A stretch of 64,000 bases of DNA from Ptychomitrium polyphyllum. Its lineage: Eukaryota. Position 1 is the first letter of the stretch; the number at the start of each line of letters is the position of its first letter. Shown here piece by piece: positions 36,699 through 50,428 of this stretch. The stretch covers positions 4,898,001 to 4,962,000 of the forward strand of contig OZ316776.1 of assembly GCA_973851085.1 (NCBI GenBank). Reading direction: 5' to 3'. The notes under the pieces were generated by a model. That model saw only the letters and a program-made list of their open reading frames with translations, had not been told where the DNA came from and made no database searches. The translations under genes were made by a program, and so were the position numbers.

Positions 36699-38122
36699 CA
36701 AACTATACCAATTATACCAATTATATTTTTATATGAGATGAAATAGGGAATAAAGCTTAAAAGAAGGTTTAGTTCCAAAATTGAATCAAAAAAACTATTT
36801 AGAATAAGTTCAACAAGTGGTTGTTCAATTTAGATAGTAATTACCATGAATCTACCATCGTCCATTATTGGTTGGTAATATGGATAGAATTTTCTATATA
36901 CGATCAAATATCCAAGGCCTATTTTACTATTCACAAGCCCAATTGTCAATATGCTTGTCAATTTTTAGATGTTTTTTATTGAAGATAATATCAAAATGTT
37001 ATTGAATTACCTTCAAAATGTTAATAAGCATCTTTGTCAAAACTTTGCAAAAACCTCATAAAAAATATTCTTGTAATTATATAAATATTTTTCTTTGGTA
37101 AACATTTTTAATATATTAGTCATAATCCTATCTTTGCAAGATTGCAATCTTCACAATGCCTTCCAAAACCATGTTCTCAAAGCTCCAACTAAACATATAA
37201 AGTTGACTACCAAACAACTTCAATGTAGAACACATTGGATGCCTTAAGGTCCTATGATCAATGTTGCAACTACGCAACCAAACTATCTCTCCACAATATC
37301 ATACATGATGCATTTAACATTGTCTTTTCAAAATGCCCATAATCTTACCAAATTCTCAATTTCATATGAGGGTTAATGAAATTATGTTTAAAAAGGAATG
37401 CAAACCTGCCATCCCTCAACACTGTCCCATATATAAATCACAATTGTACTTCCCTCTACATAAGCCTGAAACATCAATGGGGCCACTGCAATTGTAAATC
37501 CCTCAAAACAACACCCTTCATAAATATCTTGACCATTCACTCACGTCCATCGTTTCAGACCCCCTCATTCTTATTTGAATTCTTCCACTTACCTCGTATG
37601 CTTTCTGAATGGGATATACATTCACTGCTTGAGAGGATGGAGATGTTACGACCTTACAACACCTACAAGCAAACCGTACAGGTAGAAGTGCACAGTTTTA
37701 ACTTATTTGTTACCACCGTTCCAGAACATAAGAGTTTAGAAGACAGTACAATCTAAAGACTCAACCTATACCAGAGAACACGACGAGATCTCTGCAGGTC
37801 ATATGCAGCAACAACTTGAGAAGTAAATAGAGCTGCTGTTCAAAACGTGAAATACCTTCCACTGTCGTTATTTGAGCAAAGCACAATCTGATGCAGCTCT
37901 AGAGTGGCATTCTGTGATATCCATGAATCGTATGAATAACCACTAGAAAAAAACGTAAAGAAGACAGATAGACTGAAAGAATATCCACCCACAATGCATT
38001 TATGGAATAGGGTACAGTACTAAATATTATGGAGATTCTGCAGGAATCTACCGATAAGGGCTATCAAATGCACTTCCAATGAATAATCACAGGTCCTACT
38101 ATTATAGCAATTTAAATAAGCA

Positions 38123-39587
38123 TCAACTCTCTGGAGTTTTATGTCCCTCCCTGAGTTTCTCCAATTCTGACTGCAAGCTCGTCACAGTAGTTCGCAGGGA
38201 CGCCACCTCTTCTTCCAGTTCCCGAATCCTCCCTGCACCGACGCCCTCCTTTGCTTCTTCAGGGAAGTAAGGCTTGGTCAGATTCTTTGAAAAAGATTTC
38301 AAAGATTCTACTCCACGCACTTCTTCCGGAAGAAGGGGCAATTTGGTAATGTTGAAATCCTCATACAACTCATGGAACTGGTCGAGATACTTCTGTTGCA
38401 TCCGAACACGAGCTTGTAGTAATTTGGAGTCGGAAACGTCCGGTTGAAAGAGTACTTGATTAATTATGATGTTGTGTGCATCAATCTCGAATCTAGCAAG
38501 CTCCTGAACCAGTCTCTCCGTTTCGTACAATGAGAGAAACTCGGGTATGCATACGCATATAAAAGTTGTCATATCTGGGTTCCGAAATTGCTCATTGACC
38601 TGTTACATCAACAAGCATCTCCATCATCAGATAAAATGCTCTCCATCATCATTCAAAACTGAAGAGACAGTCTTCCCGCACTACCATCCATGACTTTGCC
38701 CCACGCCTCATTCAAATAATTAAGGTTTTTATCAACACAAAAAGGAAAACACATTCCTCAACTGGCACAGAGAGATCAAAACCAAACAATTTTGGTTATT
38801 TCGAACTCAAAGAACTCTTTCAGCAACTTACAGATCCAAAGACGGATCCAAACAAGTTAAAGGGATGCCTCTTGGATGTTTTTTAACAAAAATCGTGCAA
38901 TCGAGAACTGGAAATCCTCGACTCTATGATTAGGGTTTGAGGGTTGTGCACCTGTTCAATCACGGCCTTGATATTCTCCACCTTCCCGAGCAAAGCATCC
39001 TCTCCAAATTCATCCCCAGCTCCGAACATGCGCGAAACCTGCCCAATCAACCCTCCGAACCTGCTCTTCAAGCTCATTACCTTTTCCAGGCCCTTCTCGA
39101 GAGTGGATGGGAACTGCAACAACCGCAGGGTGTGGCCCGTGGGGGCCGTGTCGAACACAATCACGGTATAATCCATGGTCTGCACCAGCTTCAACATTTC
39201 AGCGAAGCTCATGGCCTCATCGATCCCGGGAATAGCATTTGCAAGCTCCGAGACGAATCCGCCCATGCCCAACCCGTCCGCCTGCTCCTCCAGATCCTCG
39301 CTCTCCACAGTCGGATCCACCTCCATGGCGAAGAGGTTGCTAAATCCCGTCACCATGGTCGGTGACTTCGTAAACTTCTGGCAGAACGCATCGCTCAGGT
39401 TGTGCGCCGGATCGGTTGATATCAGCAACACAGATTCCCTCACCTGCGCCAACAGCGTCGCCAGCATGCAGCTGCAGGTCGTCTTCCCCACTCCCCCTTT
39501 TCCACCCACAAAGATCCACTTCAAATCCGACTGCTCCAACACATTCTGCACACTCGCCTCTGGCATTGGAAGCCCATCCTCCGCCAT
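38123..39587 (-). CDS. GET3: GET3/ASNA1 (ArsA-family) ATPase for tail-anchored protein targeting, 370 aa; exons 39587-38952 and 38599-38123
   Basis: [55 protein letters not shown]. Phase-0 GT-AG intron. No transit peptide and a C-terminal coiled-coil-like tail, as in cytosolic plant GET3a. Confidence 0.96.
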
Positions 39588-41078
39588 CGCTCCTCCCAAT
39601 CCCACAACCCCAAACCCCCTGCCCTTCAAACTCTCCCCAATCCAACACCACTGTAAAGTCCCCTAGATCCGAATCTACGCAACAACATCAAATTAGGGTG
39701 ACAAGCTCATGATTCCATCCCTCTGTTCTCCTCATTCGTTCTTGTCTCTGATTTCATCTCAGCGTTGTACCGTTTACTGTGGACAGTTTCGCAGGAAAAA
39801 CGTCACCTTGAAGGCGAAAACCGTGATCAGGACTCGAGTCGCGGCCTCTATGACTAGGAGCTTACTTGTCACCACAGCAGTGACTGCATGCCGTTTGAAC
39901 AGTATTGTTCCAGAATGAATGTCGTCGTGAGGAAAAGAGAAGCTTCGGAAACAGCTTTTTGGAGTGTACTTTCGAAGGGCTTCGTCTAGGTTTCTAGGCT
40001 CAACCAGTGAGGCGGATCCCGCTTCAAGATTTCTCGTGATTCGGGTGACAATCGCTCGCGGGATACTCGAATAGCTGCAACAGAAGCGGAGCTGTGAAGA
40101 GTTGGTAAGTGGTATTTCTGGCGTTGGTTCTGATGAGTGTCGGTTGCCGTAATCCATGATTTACATTCTGCTTGCAAGCTCATTTCTCATGCAGACATCA
40201 ACTCCACAATTCTAGACACAATTCCTTCAGCAAACAGGATTTGGTACCAACAATTGTCATTCAGGTGAGAATTTACCGCAGAACGATATTTTAAGTAACT
40301 ATCTCCAACAGGTGCAACACTGATAGCAATGAACAGCAACTATGAGAACAAGCTTATTATCATGTGAATGATATGTAACCAGCGAAATGCATACAACAGT
40401 AAAAACATTACGAAGCCACCATTTGCTGATTGAAAAATGCAAAATACGCATGAAATTGTTCACAATCTTCACAAGATTATTGCCAAGTCGTGCCCCTAAT
40501 AGAATGTACTATAGCTTAAGTTATTTTTTATACGATGGACTGTAGGTGCTCTAAGATTGCAGAAACCACAGCCAAGAGTACCAACCTATTTCTGCCAACT
40601 ACAACCCAGAACACAAGTTCATCCAGAAAATAATCAATTGCGATCCACATGGTGATCATCCACTACATGACCATGCACACTAGGTCAGCTACACCTGAAA
40701 CAGCTTGGGAAGTGGCTACGAGGAGATTACTGTGAATGTAGAGAGACCGGAACAAAGGCAAAAAGACTCTTGGCATATCGCTATGATCCCAGCAAGTCGA
40801 TGTCATCGCATTCGAATTTATTACAGCATCCTCCTGCAGCGACCAAGCTTCGTTCTGTGCAGACTGTCACAAGAAAGAAGCTGTGGTAATAATCGCACAA
40901 GTTCGCCTGGTTGTTCATACGCATGAGGGGATGTTTGGACAACCCAACTATAACAAGAATAAACCTTAATGTACAAGATAATGTAAATAAATGGTGCTAA
41001 TCGTGGTCCGAACCCAGCATAGCAAAATTAATGCAAGTCAGATGTTATCCCGCCCTCTATTGTCCATCTCCGAATGCC

Positions 41079-44000
41079 TCATCCTGCGGGCTCGGTTTTT
41101 GGAACAACCACCGCTTTCGGGGAGCCCGGATTAGGCTCACTTTCAGTATCATTGTCGTCCTTGGAGATGCCTGCCGTGATTTCATCGAGTAGAAAATCAC
41201 GGTTCAAACTGGGAAACTTCTCCAGCGATTGAAGCAATCCTGGACCAAACGACGAACCAATGTTGTACATTAGATCCTCTTTAAAGAATGGATCGTCCTC
41301 ACCGACAAAAACTGTGGGCTCTGCCTTCACTTTCGGACAAGATCGATCTTCAAACCCCACTCCACAATCTCTTTCCTTGAGCATTTCTTCAGTTTCAGAT
41401 GATGCATCCGGAAAACCTCTAGCCAAGCTGTATGCATTTTTTTGTTGTGATCCTTGTGCTCCCCTACTTTCCGAGTGCACCTTCTTCTTACCTCTAAGGA
41501 TCTGAAATCAAGAATTGTAGTTTTGAGTGAACAGACTACAAGCATCAAAATCATCACTCAGTTATGTTCATCCTGCCATAAAAGGTAAGGCACGCTTGTT
41601 TACAAAAGATCACCAAAACGAGTAAGTTGTTGATGAGTAAGCTTACATAGTTCCCCTGCTGATTCCTGTAAAGGATCAGAAGGTCGCCTTCATCCAAATG
41701 ATGTGATTTCACGAACTCACCTGGATTTAAGAATAAAAATACAATAAGAAACGCAAACCATTAGTTTCGTCCCTACGATAAAGCTTCCAGACTTCCTTTA
41801 ATGAAATCCACAGGCATTTGCACATCCAGAAACATGTGCCTACAACTCTGGAACCATAACATCCATACCTTCAGCTACAAGTATGGCAACTGCTGAAATC
41901 AACTGTGTGTGGGACTAAGCCATGTTCATAGAATTAGCTGGTAGACTATACCACGCTAGTAGAATTTCGTGTGTTGATGCTTAAGCTGCTTCGTATACTG
42001 CCGCAAACTTAGCAGTTACCATACTCGTAGCTCAACCCTAACAGCGGCTTAAATTACACAATAATACAGTAGAATAGACAAGGTCAAAGGTCTTACCCGT
42101 ATTCTCCAGCAAATACATTCGACTCTTATTATTCGGCCAGAACCTGTTCCACACAAAAATAGACATACATCAGCTTGCGGGTGATTAATTCTCGCTGCTG
42201 ATCACTATAAAATGGGATACAAAAACAGAAGAACAATCATTGAACTTCGCACCAATACAAACTGATGTAGACAGGCTGACACTGAAGTACTTTTAGACGG
42301 ACGAAATATGCTAGCCAGCGAATTATCTGACCCACAGAAGTGACATTCTTCAACTCTAATCAAGGCTACATCCAACGGAGAACTTTGCCCACGAGCATTC
42401 AAGTGCCAAACAACTCCCACTTAGTTATCAACTCTTGATTGTACAGTTAGGGTGACCACCTCAAAATGGCAGAGCTACTGAAAATTTACAACAGAAAACA
42501 AAATCCAACACCTTATAAACACAATCCAGAAGCATGAAATAAATCTTGCCGAAAGAAACCATGTCACCTGACGACAGACAGAAATCACAGGACTCATAAT
42601 CTAGGCTCCGCCACTCAAGGCGAAAATTATGCCACAATCGAAGTTCGACATCACGTAGTTTGAACTACATGATAAGATATAAGACTAAAGTGGAAGATAA
42701 TGTGTCCTACCTATATCTAATGGTCCAGTAATACCCAGAATCAAAATCTTCCATTTGTAAAGAAACGCCTTCTCTGAAGGCAAGAACTGGTAAATGCATT
42801 TCTGCCTCTTTCTGCGATAACAAAAGTTTGCACCACTGTGAGAACTTCGTACCAAGAGAAACTCAAGTAGATCTAAACATATCCTGGAAGAGATTATGAC
42901 GAGAAATTAGGAACAATTCACTCACCTTGGGAAGAATGATACGTCCAAGATTGCCGACATCGGTCGGCCGAAGCTCTTTTTGGAGCAGAAATGTCAACGT
43001 ATCCATGTTGCACACCTTCCTACCACTACTGGCGAGGATACTGGATGGAATTTGGGTCCCACGATGAAACATTCCGGCACTCAAATCCAATGAAGCAGGC
43101 TCAATCGACCATAGACCACACCCTGATGACACAGCAGTGCCATTACTCGGTGTGCGTGCATGTTGCGCAGATTGCCTTTGGCGTGCGATTCGGTTTCTCC
43201 TGGCTGCCCTTGTGGTTGCTGCCAAATTCCGATTCAAGTCATGGTGTCCACATGAAAAGGACAAACCGGACTGTAAGCAAGGTAGCGGCTGTTGAATATC
43301 CAGCTCGCGCGGCATTCCTGAAAGCATGGCTTGACCAATACTGCTGGAGCCTCTCGTGCTCATGTCGTGTCTAGGAAATCGGAACTCATCCGGAATACTA
43401 CCCCGTACATCTACGAAGGTCCCACGACCAGAATAAACGTCAGATCCAAAACTACTGTCCACTTCACCGTCGTCCATCAACCTGCGCGACTTGGCGCGCT
43501 GGTAGAACTGATTCGGATCAAGTGCCTCCTCTGAACGCTGCACCGTCTCCAATGTGCGGTGCATTTTGTCGTCCCTTTTGTCATAAGGCCCGCTTCCTAA
43601 GGTTAATTTGAAGGTAGGACTACTGTTAATCATACTGGAGGCATATCCGAAGGCAGGATTCACCTGCTGCTGAGGGGGACGCAGCTTCTTCAAACTCTGT
43701 GACGAAAAAAAATTATCACAATTCTCACCGTTCTGCTCCTTCACCCATAGCATGATATACCCCATGAACTCCTTCAGGCCCTTCTCTCCACCTCCAAGAG
43801 ACTGAATAGTTTGGTTGAGAGCTCCTTCATTAACGGTCACCTTCTTCAGCATAGCTCGCACACTTCCGTCCATCAAATACGATGACAGCAACACATCCTC
43901 CGCACTGTCAACATTCCCAGCAGAGTTGCAATCATAAGATGTGCCGGACGAATATGAGAACCCTGAGGACCCAGCTTGCACCGAGAAATCTCCACTAATT

Positions 44001-44230
44001 TGGTTTCCGGTGCCGTAAGATAGTACCGGCAGTGCAAACCCGGAATTAGGCAGACCTCGCAAATCAAAACACTGGCCGTCCTTGTTCCCTCCATAATCAC
44101 CAGCGAAATCTCTTTCTTTTAGATCTTCAAACCCAATTGGCAAATCAGCCCAACTTCGTAACCCCATTGAATCCCTCAATGGCTCCACTTTCCCCATCAA
44201 TCCACACCTGTCTTGCAGGTATGCTTCCAT
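41079..44230 (-). CDS. ABI3: ABI3/VP1-like B3 transcription factor (LAV family), 649 aa; exons 44230-42926, 42811-42711, 42143-42097, 41720-41647, 41501-41079
   Basis: B3 domain [64 protein letters not shown] assembled over phase-compatible introns. B2-like basic motif [13 protein letters not shown]. Exact paralog not assignable. Confidence 0.93.
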
Positions 44231-45671
44231 TCTAGAAATGAGGACCTGGCAAAAGTCAGACCACACCAAAACATCATGAAGGATAACTGTAAATTCTACA
44301 AATAGAACTGCTCCATAACACACACATGCGTACCTCAATATGCCACCATAACAAACCAATCATCCCCATTTCAACTTGCGATTTCCTATGCATGTTGATA
44401 GACTCTTAAGACGTGTGTACCATATTCGGCTCGCAAAATTAAAACAATCCCCCCGATGTCTACGAAAGCATCCAGCAGCTCACGATAAACAGCGGTCTAA
44501 AACCGCTCCGCAAAATTACTCTATCCTAATAATTTAACATGTTATGACAATATTTCCAACAAAATTGAGATACATGTCCGCAAACTAAGTCCGAACGCAA
44601 AAATACTCGATAAGCATTTTTAAAAGGCGGGATAACGTTATGTATCATCAGCACCAAAAGATTCTGCGGAGGCCAAAAAAGCGGTGAGGTTCATGTCCCG
44701 ACAACTAAGCCAGACAGCGCTTCAGGAAATCTACACCTATATATCTAATCCAAGCTTCCTTTCCCGCATCCTCCGAAAAAGAAGGGGGTTGTGACGGACC
44801 TTAAACTCTCGAAACAACTGGAAAATGTCCTAAAACACCACAAACCGTCTAGAAGGCTGATATGTAGAACGAAGATCAACCAGACGCAGAAGATCAACCA
44901 CTCATAGAGCTTGCACGTTAGCTCAAACCACAGAGGTGCATTCGGTACAAACTTTGGCAATGTTGCAAACCAAAAGCACTCTCTAACTGCCATAACTTCA
45001 GTCCTAACATCTTCTGTGCGTCTGGACTCTGTACGGAAGCATCTCTTTAAAAGAAAGTATTCGCAAAAACTGACAAGATAATTCCGTTCAGGGTCAAGGT
45101 GATTCAAAGGAAAAAAAGATCTCCAATATTAGAGCACAAGAGCACAGGAAAATTACCTGAAAGAATACTACATGGTACCGTGTCGGAGGCTTCTCATGTC
45201 AGGCATTAAACAACAACACACTGTAGAACCGTCCGCCACTAGTTTCATGAAACAACTAGAATCCAGCAGCAAAGAAGACAACCCCGGCTAAACTATGTTC
45301 TGAGAAAACGTTGCCTCAGCAGGCCCCCTCCGAAAGCCCCTACAGTCTCCACAACCTTCTCTCTTGTTCTCCTTCACACTACTCACCACCTTCTCAACAT
45401 CACGCCATAGAATCTCATAAAACATCATCTCCAGCCCGAAGCCACAAGTAGTATCGCTGACAACTCAGCCACAAGCTCACCCACTTCTAACGATTCTCCC
45501 CGCCTGTGCACAACCTCGAATCACACTAAAGTGCTACCAACAATACTGTGCCTCCCAATCCACGCAAAACCAACACAAAGACAAAGAGACCCATCACCCA
45601 ACCCGTCTCTCAAATTCCCTTTCGACCAAAAATGCTCCCCCCTAACACACACCGACACAGACCTCTAGATC

Positions 45672-45717
45672 GTGTGCGTGTGTGTGTGTGTGTGTGTGTA
45701 TGTGTGTATCTCTCTCT
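45672..45717. repeat. Compound (GT)n/(CT)n microsatellite upstream of the ABI3-like CDS
   Basis: Directly visible gtgtgcgtgtgt...gtatgtgtgtatctctctct. Confidence 0.95.
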
Positions 45718-48700
45718 CCCAAGCTCCGATCTTGTTCTCCTCCCAATCCGCCACCAAACGAAAAGCAAATGACCACACACCCTCTCGAGCTTCCAAGATG
45801 GCAACTTTGGCTCACAAGGCGGCAACTTTGACTTTGCAACACGCTCAGTGCCTCCTTAAGTGCGAGACGAAGGCGGTGTATGGCTTTGCGAGCCAGGCAT
45901 CAAAAGAGGACAGTGCAGTCCGCCCCCGTTGGCAAGAAAGCAGCGTCACTGCCCTCAAGTTGCACCCTTTCTCCCTTCTCTCCTCTATGTTTAACTTGAG
46001 CTCAACTCCTCCACCCCCACATTTGCACCTTTCTCTCAGGTTCACCTCTGGCTCAGTAACTTAACTTGCCCCCAGTATCATCAACAACACAAAACACCAT
46101 CTCGCCAATATCACCACGCTAACATCATCGGCACCCACGCCATCAACCAACTTTGGCCAGAGGGAGTGAATCTGCTACACTACGGGGTGGGGCGCAGAGG
46201 GTCAAAATTAACACACCACCCAAAAACAGCTTTTTCCTCATCATGTGCAACGAAATCAGCAACCGAGGAATTGGGACAAAAGAAGTTTTGCTACGAGTCC
46301 CTCTTGTAACCAACATTCATGGAGGTAACAGTAGTAAGTTACTGGGGCCTGTATCAGACAATCACCTTTGTGTCACTCTGACATGGGTACGATATCAAAA
46401 TGAAAATGTATTACACCCAAATTAATTTGATGTCATCTTCAATAAAGTATCAAAGATCTAAATAATGTCAGAATGACAAAAGTATGGCTAATCTTGAAAC
46501 TATGTCAAAAATGACATCAAAACGACAAAACTTAAGATAACACTGAAACAATATTTGATGTGATTTTGATCTTGTGTTAAATTTATTTTGATATTGTTTT
46601 GAACTGTGTCATTATGTCATTTCTGAATTGTTTTAGCTTGTGTCATTTCAAGAAGAAAAGAAGAAAATGACATGGAAATTATATTTAAAAAGATAAGTTA
46701 TTTATTGATGTCATTTTGACATCACAATTATTGTCTCCAAATTTAGTGATGGAGGTGCTTTTTGTAATGATGTGGGTCAGCGCACTGAAAGGAAGTGAAA
46801 GAAAGTGCAAACGAACGGTGGGGAAGTGGGATGGGACTGTTAAAGGCAGCACCTTTACTGTGCATTCTATGAGATCTATATCTGTGTGCTGCTTTGCTGA
46901 GTGAACTTACTTCTGTACTGGATGAATGCTCTGGAGCCAATGCGCAAAGCCTGAAAGCCAGGGAGTTGAAAAGGCACCCCTCAGATTCTGTCCACATCCA
47001 GCTTGGGTCTACCCGGGACCGGTTCGTTTAATTCTGGATTGTGACTACCACAATCCAGAATCTTTCAAAGGAGTGTTGCTTTTAGGGTATGCCGCTTCTT
47101 TATGGGAGTTGCTACATTGTAACATTAGGTGAAAGAATAAAAAGTTTTTGTAGTTTTTACTGATTTTACTGGTTCTGGGTTTGAGGAGATCTTGTCCCTG
47201 CCAATGTTATTCAGCAATAGTTGATTGTGAGAATGTTCTGCAATTTGTGATATAAAGGTAGATCTTTCACGATGAAGGAATTTCATTGATTTTGGTTTTA
47301 TAAAGTGAAGTGATTGAATTGTCTTCCTTTTTGTCTTCTTTTTCATCTAACTTTTAATTTTTGTTTTTTTTATATTAAGGTGCTATAATCCCTTCTTGTA
47401 AACAAATAGTACTTAAAGCCATGAAGTTCAAACTTTGATGAAGAACATTATAATGAATATGAAATACAATGATAGAACCTTACTTTGATTTATCTCACAA
47501 AACCCGCATATAGTAGTTTTTACTCTAATTTTGCTTTATGAAAAGCTTTGCGACGAAATTATGAAATCTTTCTTCTTTAAAATGACTTTTTTTATAAAAA
47601 ATTGTATTAAAATTAGAAATTTATTTTTTATTGAAAATATTATATTTTTAATTATGAAGTGACCAAAGATCTTTTTACATATAATTTGAACCATGCTTTT
47701 ATCATATAAGAAGTTAAAACCACTTCCTTATACTAGTTATTTTAATAAGTATTTTTTCATTTAAAATATCATTTTCGTTTTTCATAAAAGTGAAAGAATT
47801 TACATTTAGACTTTAAAATTTTAATACGTTTTTGGCCATACTTTATAAGATTCTTATGATTAAAGAAAATTATGAGATACATAATAAGGAGTTGCTAATA
47901 AGTATAGATGTCATTGTGGAATGACAACACTTAATGTATGGCGCTTAAAATACCATCATAACTTATACAATTTATAAGAATATTGAAAGCTTTATAAATG
48001 CATGTGTTTTAAAATGCGGCTAAATAAAATAAAATAAGTTGTTTTTTAGATTCAACTTTGTCATTAGAAATTAACAAAGCATCTTATTAAAAAATTGAAT
48101 GCTATACTTTGAAGATTCTAAACCTTATGATGTAATTTTATCAATAAAATATTGTTTGGTTAAAGCCAAAGAATCTTTTGTTGAAGGCATCAAGCACCTC
48201 TATGGCATCTCATTTAAACAAAATTTGGAAGGCCATGAAAAATTATCCATTTGTATATTAATATCATATTTCATTACAAGCACAGGTTTCAAATCTTGTA
48301 TTGAAAAAATTCTTCAATTATGCTCAATGATTCAAAACATATAATTTATAATTTGCCAATTTAACATTTGAGGTTGATGTTATAAACTATTGCACATGTT
48401 GCATCTCAGTGCCTTCCAAATAGACTCCAATACACTAAGTTCTTAGAAGACTCCTCTACACTTCCAAATTTACTCCAAATGTTCACCAACACATTTTTAT
48501 ATTTTAATGCCTTATTCCAATATCATTCAAATGATTCAACATTTTTTTTTATTATTTGATCAATAAGAGGCCATTGAAAAATGTCACAAAAATGTCACCA
48601 CCATTTGACTTCTTGGAAAATCAACATCATGTAGTCTAATGAAAAGCCATTATTATTTGATCTTATAAGAAATCACCACCATTTGGTCTTATAAGAAATT

Positions 48701-50205
48701 ACCACCATTTGGTCAAATGAATTTTTTTTCACCATTTAACCACTTGAATAGTTAAAACCATGTAATCTACTTTATTTTCTTTAATTATTAATCTATCTTC
48801 CATCTAATCCATTCTACTAAGTCTTTTCATCAACACAATTGGAATATAAAATAGAAAAATCACCATATTAACATCAATCTAATTACAAACTTATATAATA
48901 TACAATGGAAATGGAACTACAGTTAAACATCACAAATTGTTTAAAAGAAGAATTACAACTTTTGTTCTATAGTGTAAAGAATATTCAAACATAAAAATAA
49001 GGTTTTTATAAAATCAAGACTTATCAATTGAATTAATATTAGCAAATTCATGGAAAAAGGTTTTTATTCTAGTAACATTACAACATTAAATTTTTAGGGA
49101 TTATAATCATATAATTAATGACCGTAATGCTCAAACTTTATAGCCAAAAATCCATTGAGATGGGTGGATTCCTTTGTAAACTTGCCAATACAAATTTCAT
49201 TACAATTTTACAAAACCCTTATTTAGAACAATGCATTCAAAATTTGAAATAGTTACAACCTTGCCATAACATATACTTATCATGTTGTAATATTTTAACA
49301 TTCTTGTAATGAATAAAAACATAAATAAATGCAAAAGGAATTTTTTTAAACTAATTAAATTAATTCGTGTAGATTCTATAATAACTTATATAAAAAAGAA
49401 ATATAATCTTATTTTGAGGGGTCAATATGAAGTAAGTGGTTGTTTTTTCATTATTACATATCTATGTCCGCATAGCAAAAACCGCAAATGTATGCATAAA
49501 GGATTATTCTATCCACAGAAGAATTGGCTTACAAATTTTGCATTGAAAGTTATATCTTAAAGACCTTAAAAATCATTCCACATAGTTAATCAAAGGACGG
49601 TGTCAGAATTGTTCGTGTAATGAGACTGTGAAACTAATCACCAATTTCAATTCCAAAATTCATAGTGGAGTTATGAATTATGAAATGATCTCACTGGGAA
49701 AATTTTGTGTTCATGCTTCATACTGCGGGTGATATCACTCAATGTGACACCCCTAATGTGTTCGTTCCCAAATCTATATTATACAAGTACATGCTGCCAC
49801 GTAAAAGCAGCTAATGGCGTACATCTGGCACCCCTGTGTGGGAGTCATTTTAAACTTTAGATTATTTTAAAACTTTACATGTTTTTCACACAAGAAGGGA
49901 GAAGGTTTACTGCACGGAGAATGAAAACGATTCTGAGCCGCAATGCGCCCTGGGAGACCAGTTTCCAAGTCAGTTGACGTCCCGCTTAGAAGTGTAGCTG
50001 GCAAGTTCAGAAGTGCCTAATCCAGGGAAGCCCACATACAACCACTGCATGTTGGTGATAAGGTAGCATCCGAGAATGCAAGTGGAGAGGCGGAGATAAG
50101 GGCCAACTTTCTCTGCTTGAGGTGCTAGTAGTGCAACGACACTTGGCAGCTGGCACAATGCCATCAGGTGCATAAACGTTTGAACTAGTCCTTTTCCAAC
50201 ATACA

Positions 50206-50428
50206 ACATACAACCGACTACTGACTACATACAACCGACTACTGACTACTGACCACTGTACGAGTCAATTCAAATTCCTCTGACGCATTCAAAAGCATCT
50301 CCAAAAGCACAAATGGAGCTGTCAAAAAAGAATGTTTTATGGAACTAGTACGTGAAAATACTCAAATACTACCATTGTTACCATTATTACCATCATTATC
50401 ATCATTACCATTACTACCATTATTACTA
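50206..50428. repeat. Short tandem repeats: 21-bp duplication (catacaaccgactactgacta) and degenerate (ttacca/ttatca)n tract
   Basis: Visible at about 50206-50258 and 50368-50428. Confidence 0.8.

Noticed and set aside
38937..39712. Several plus-strand ORFs opposite GET3
   Set aside because: Antisense shadows of a GC-rich exon.
44231..44359. N-terminal extension of the 498-aa ORF
   Set aside because: Non-ATG start running through an intron-like tract with an acceptor near 44246; ATG at 44230 is more plausible.
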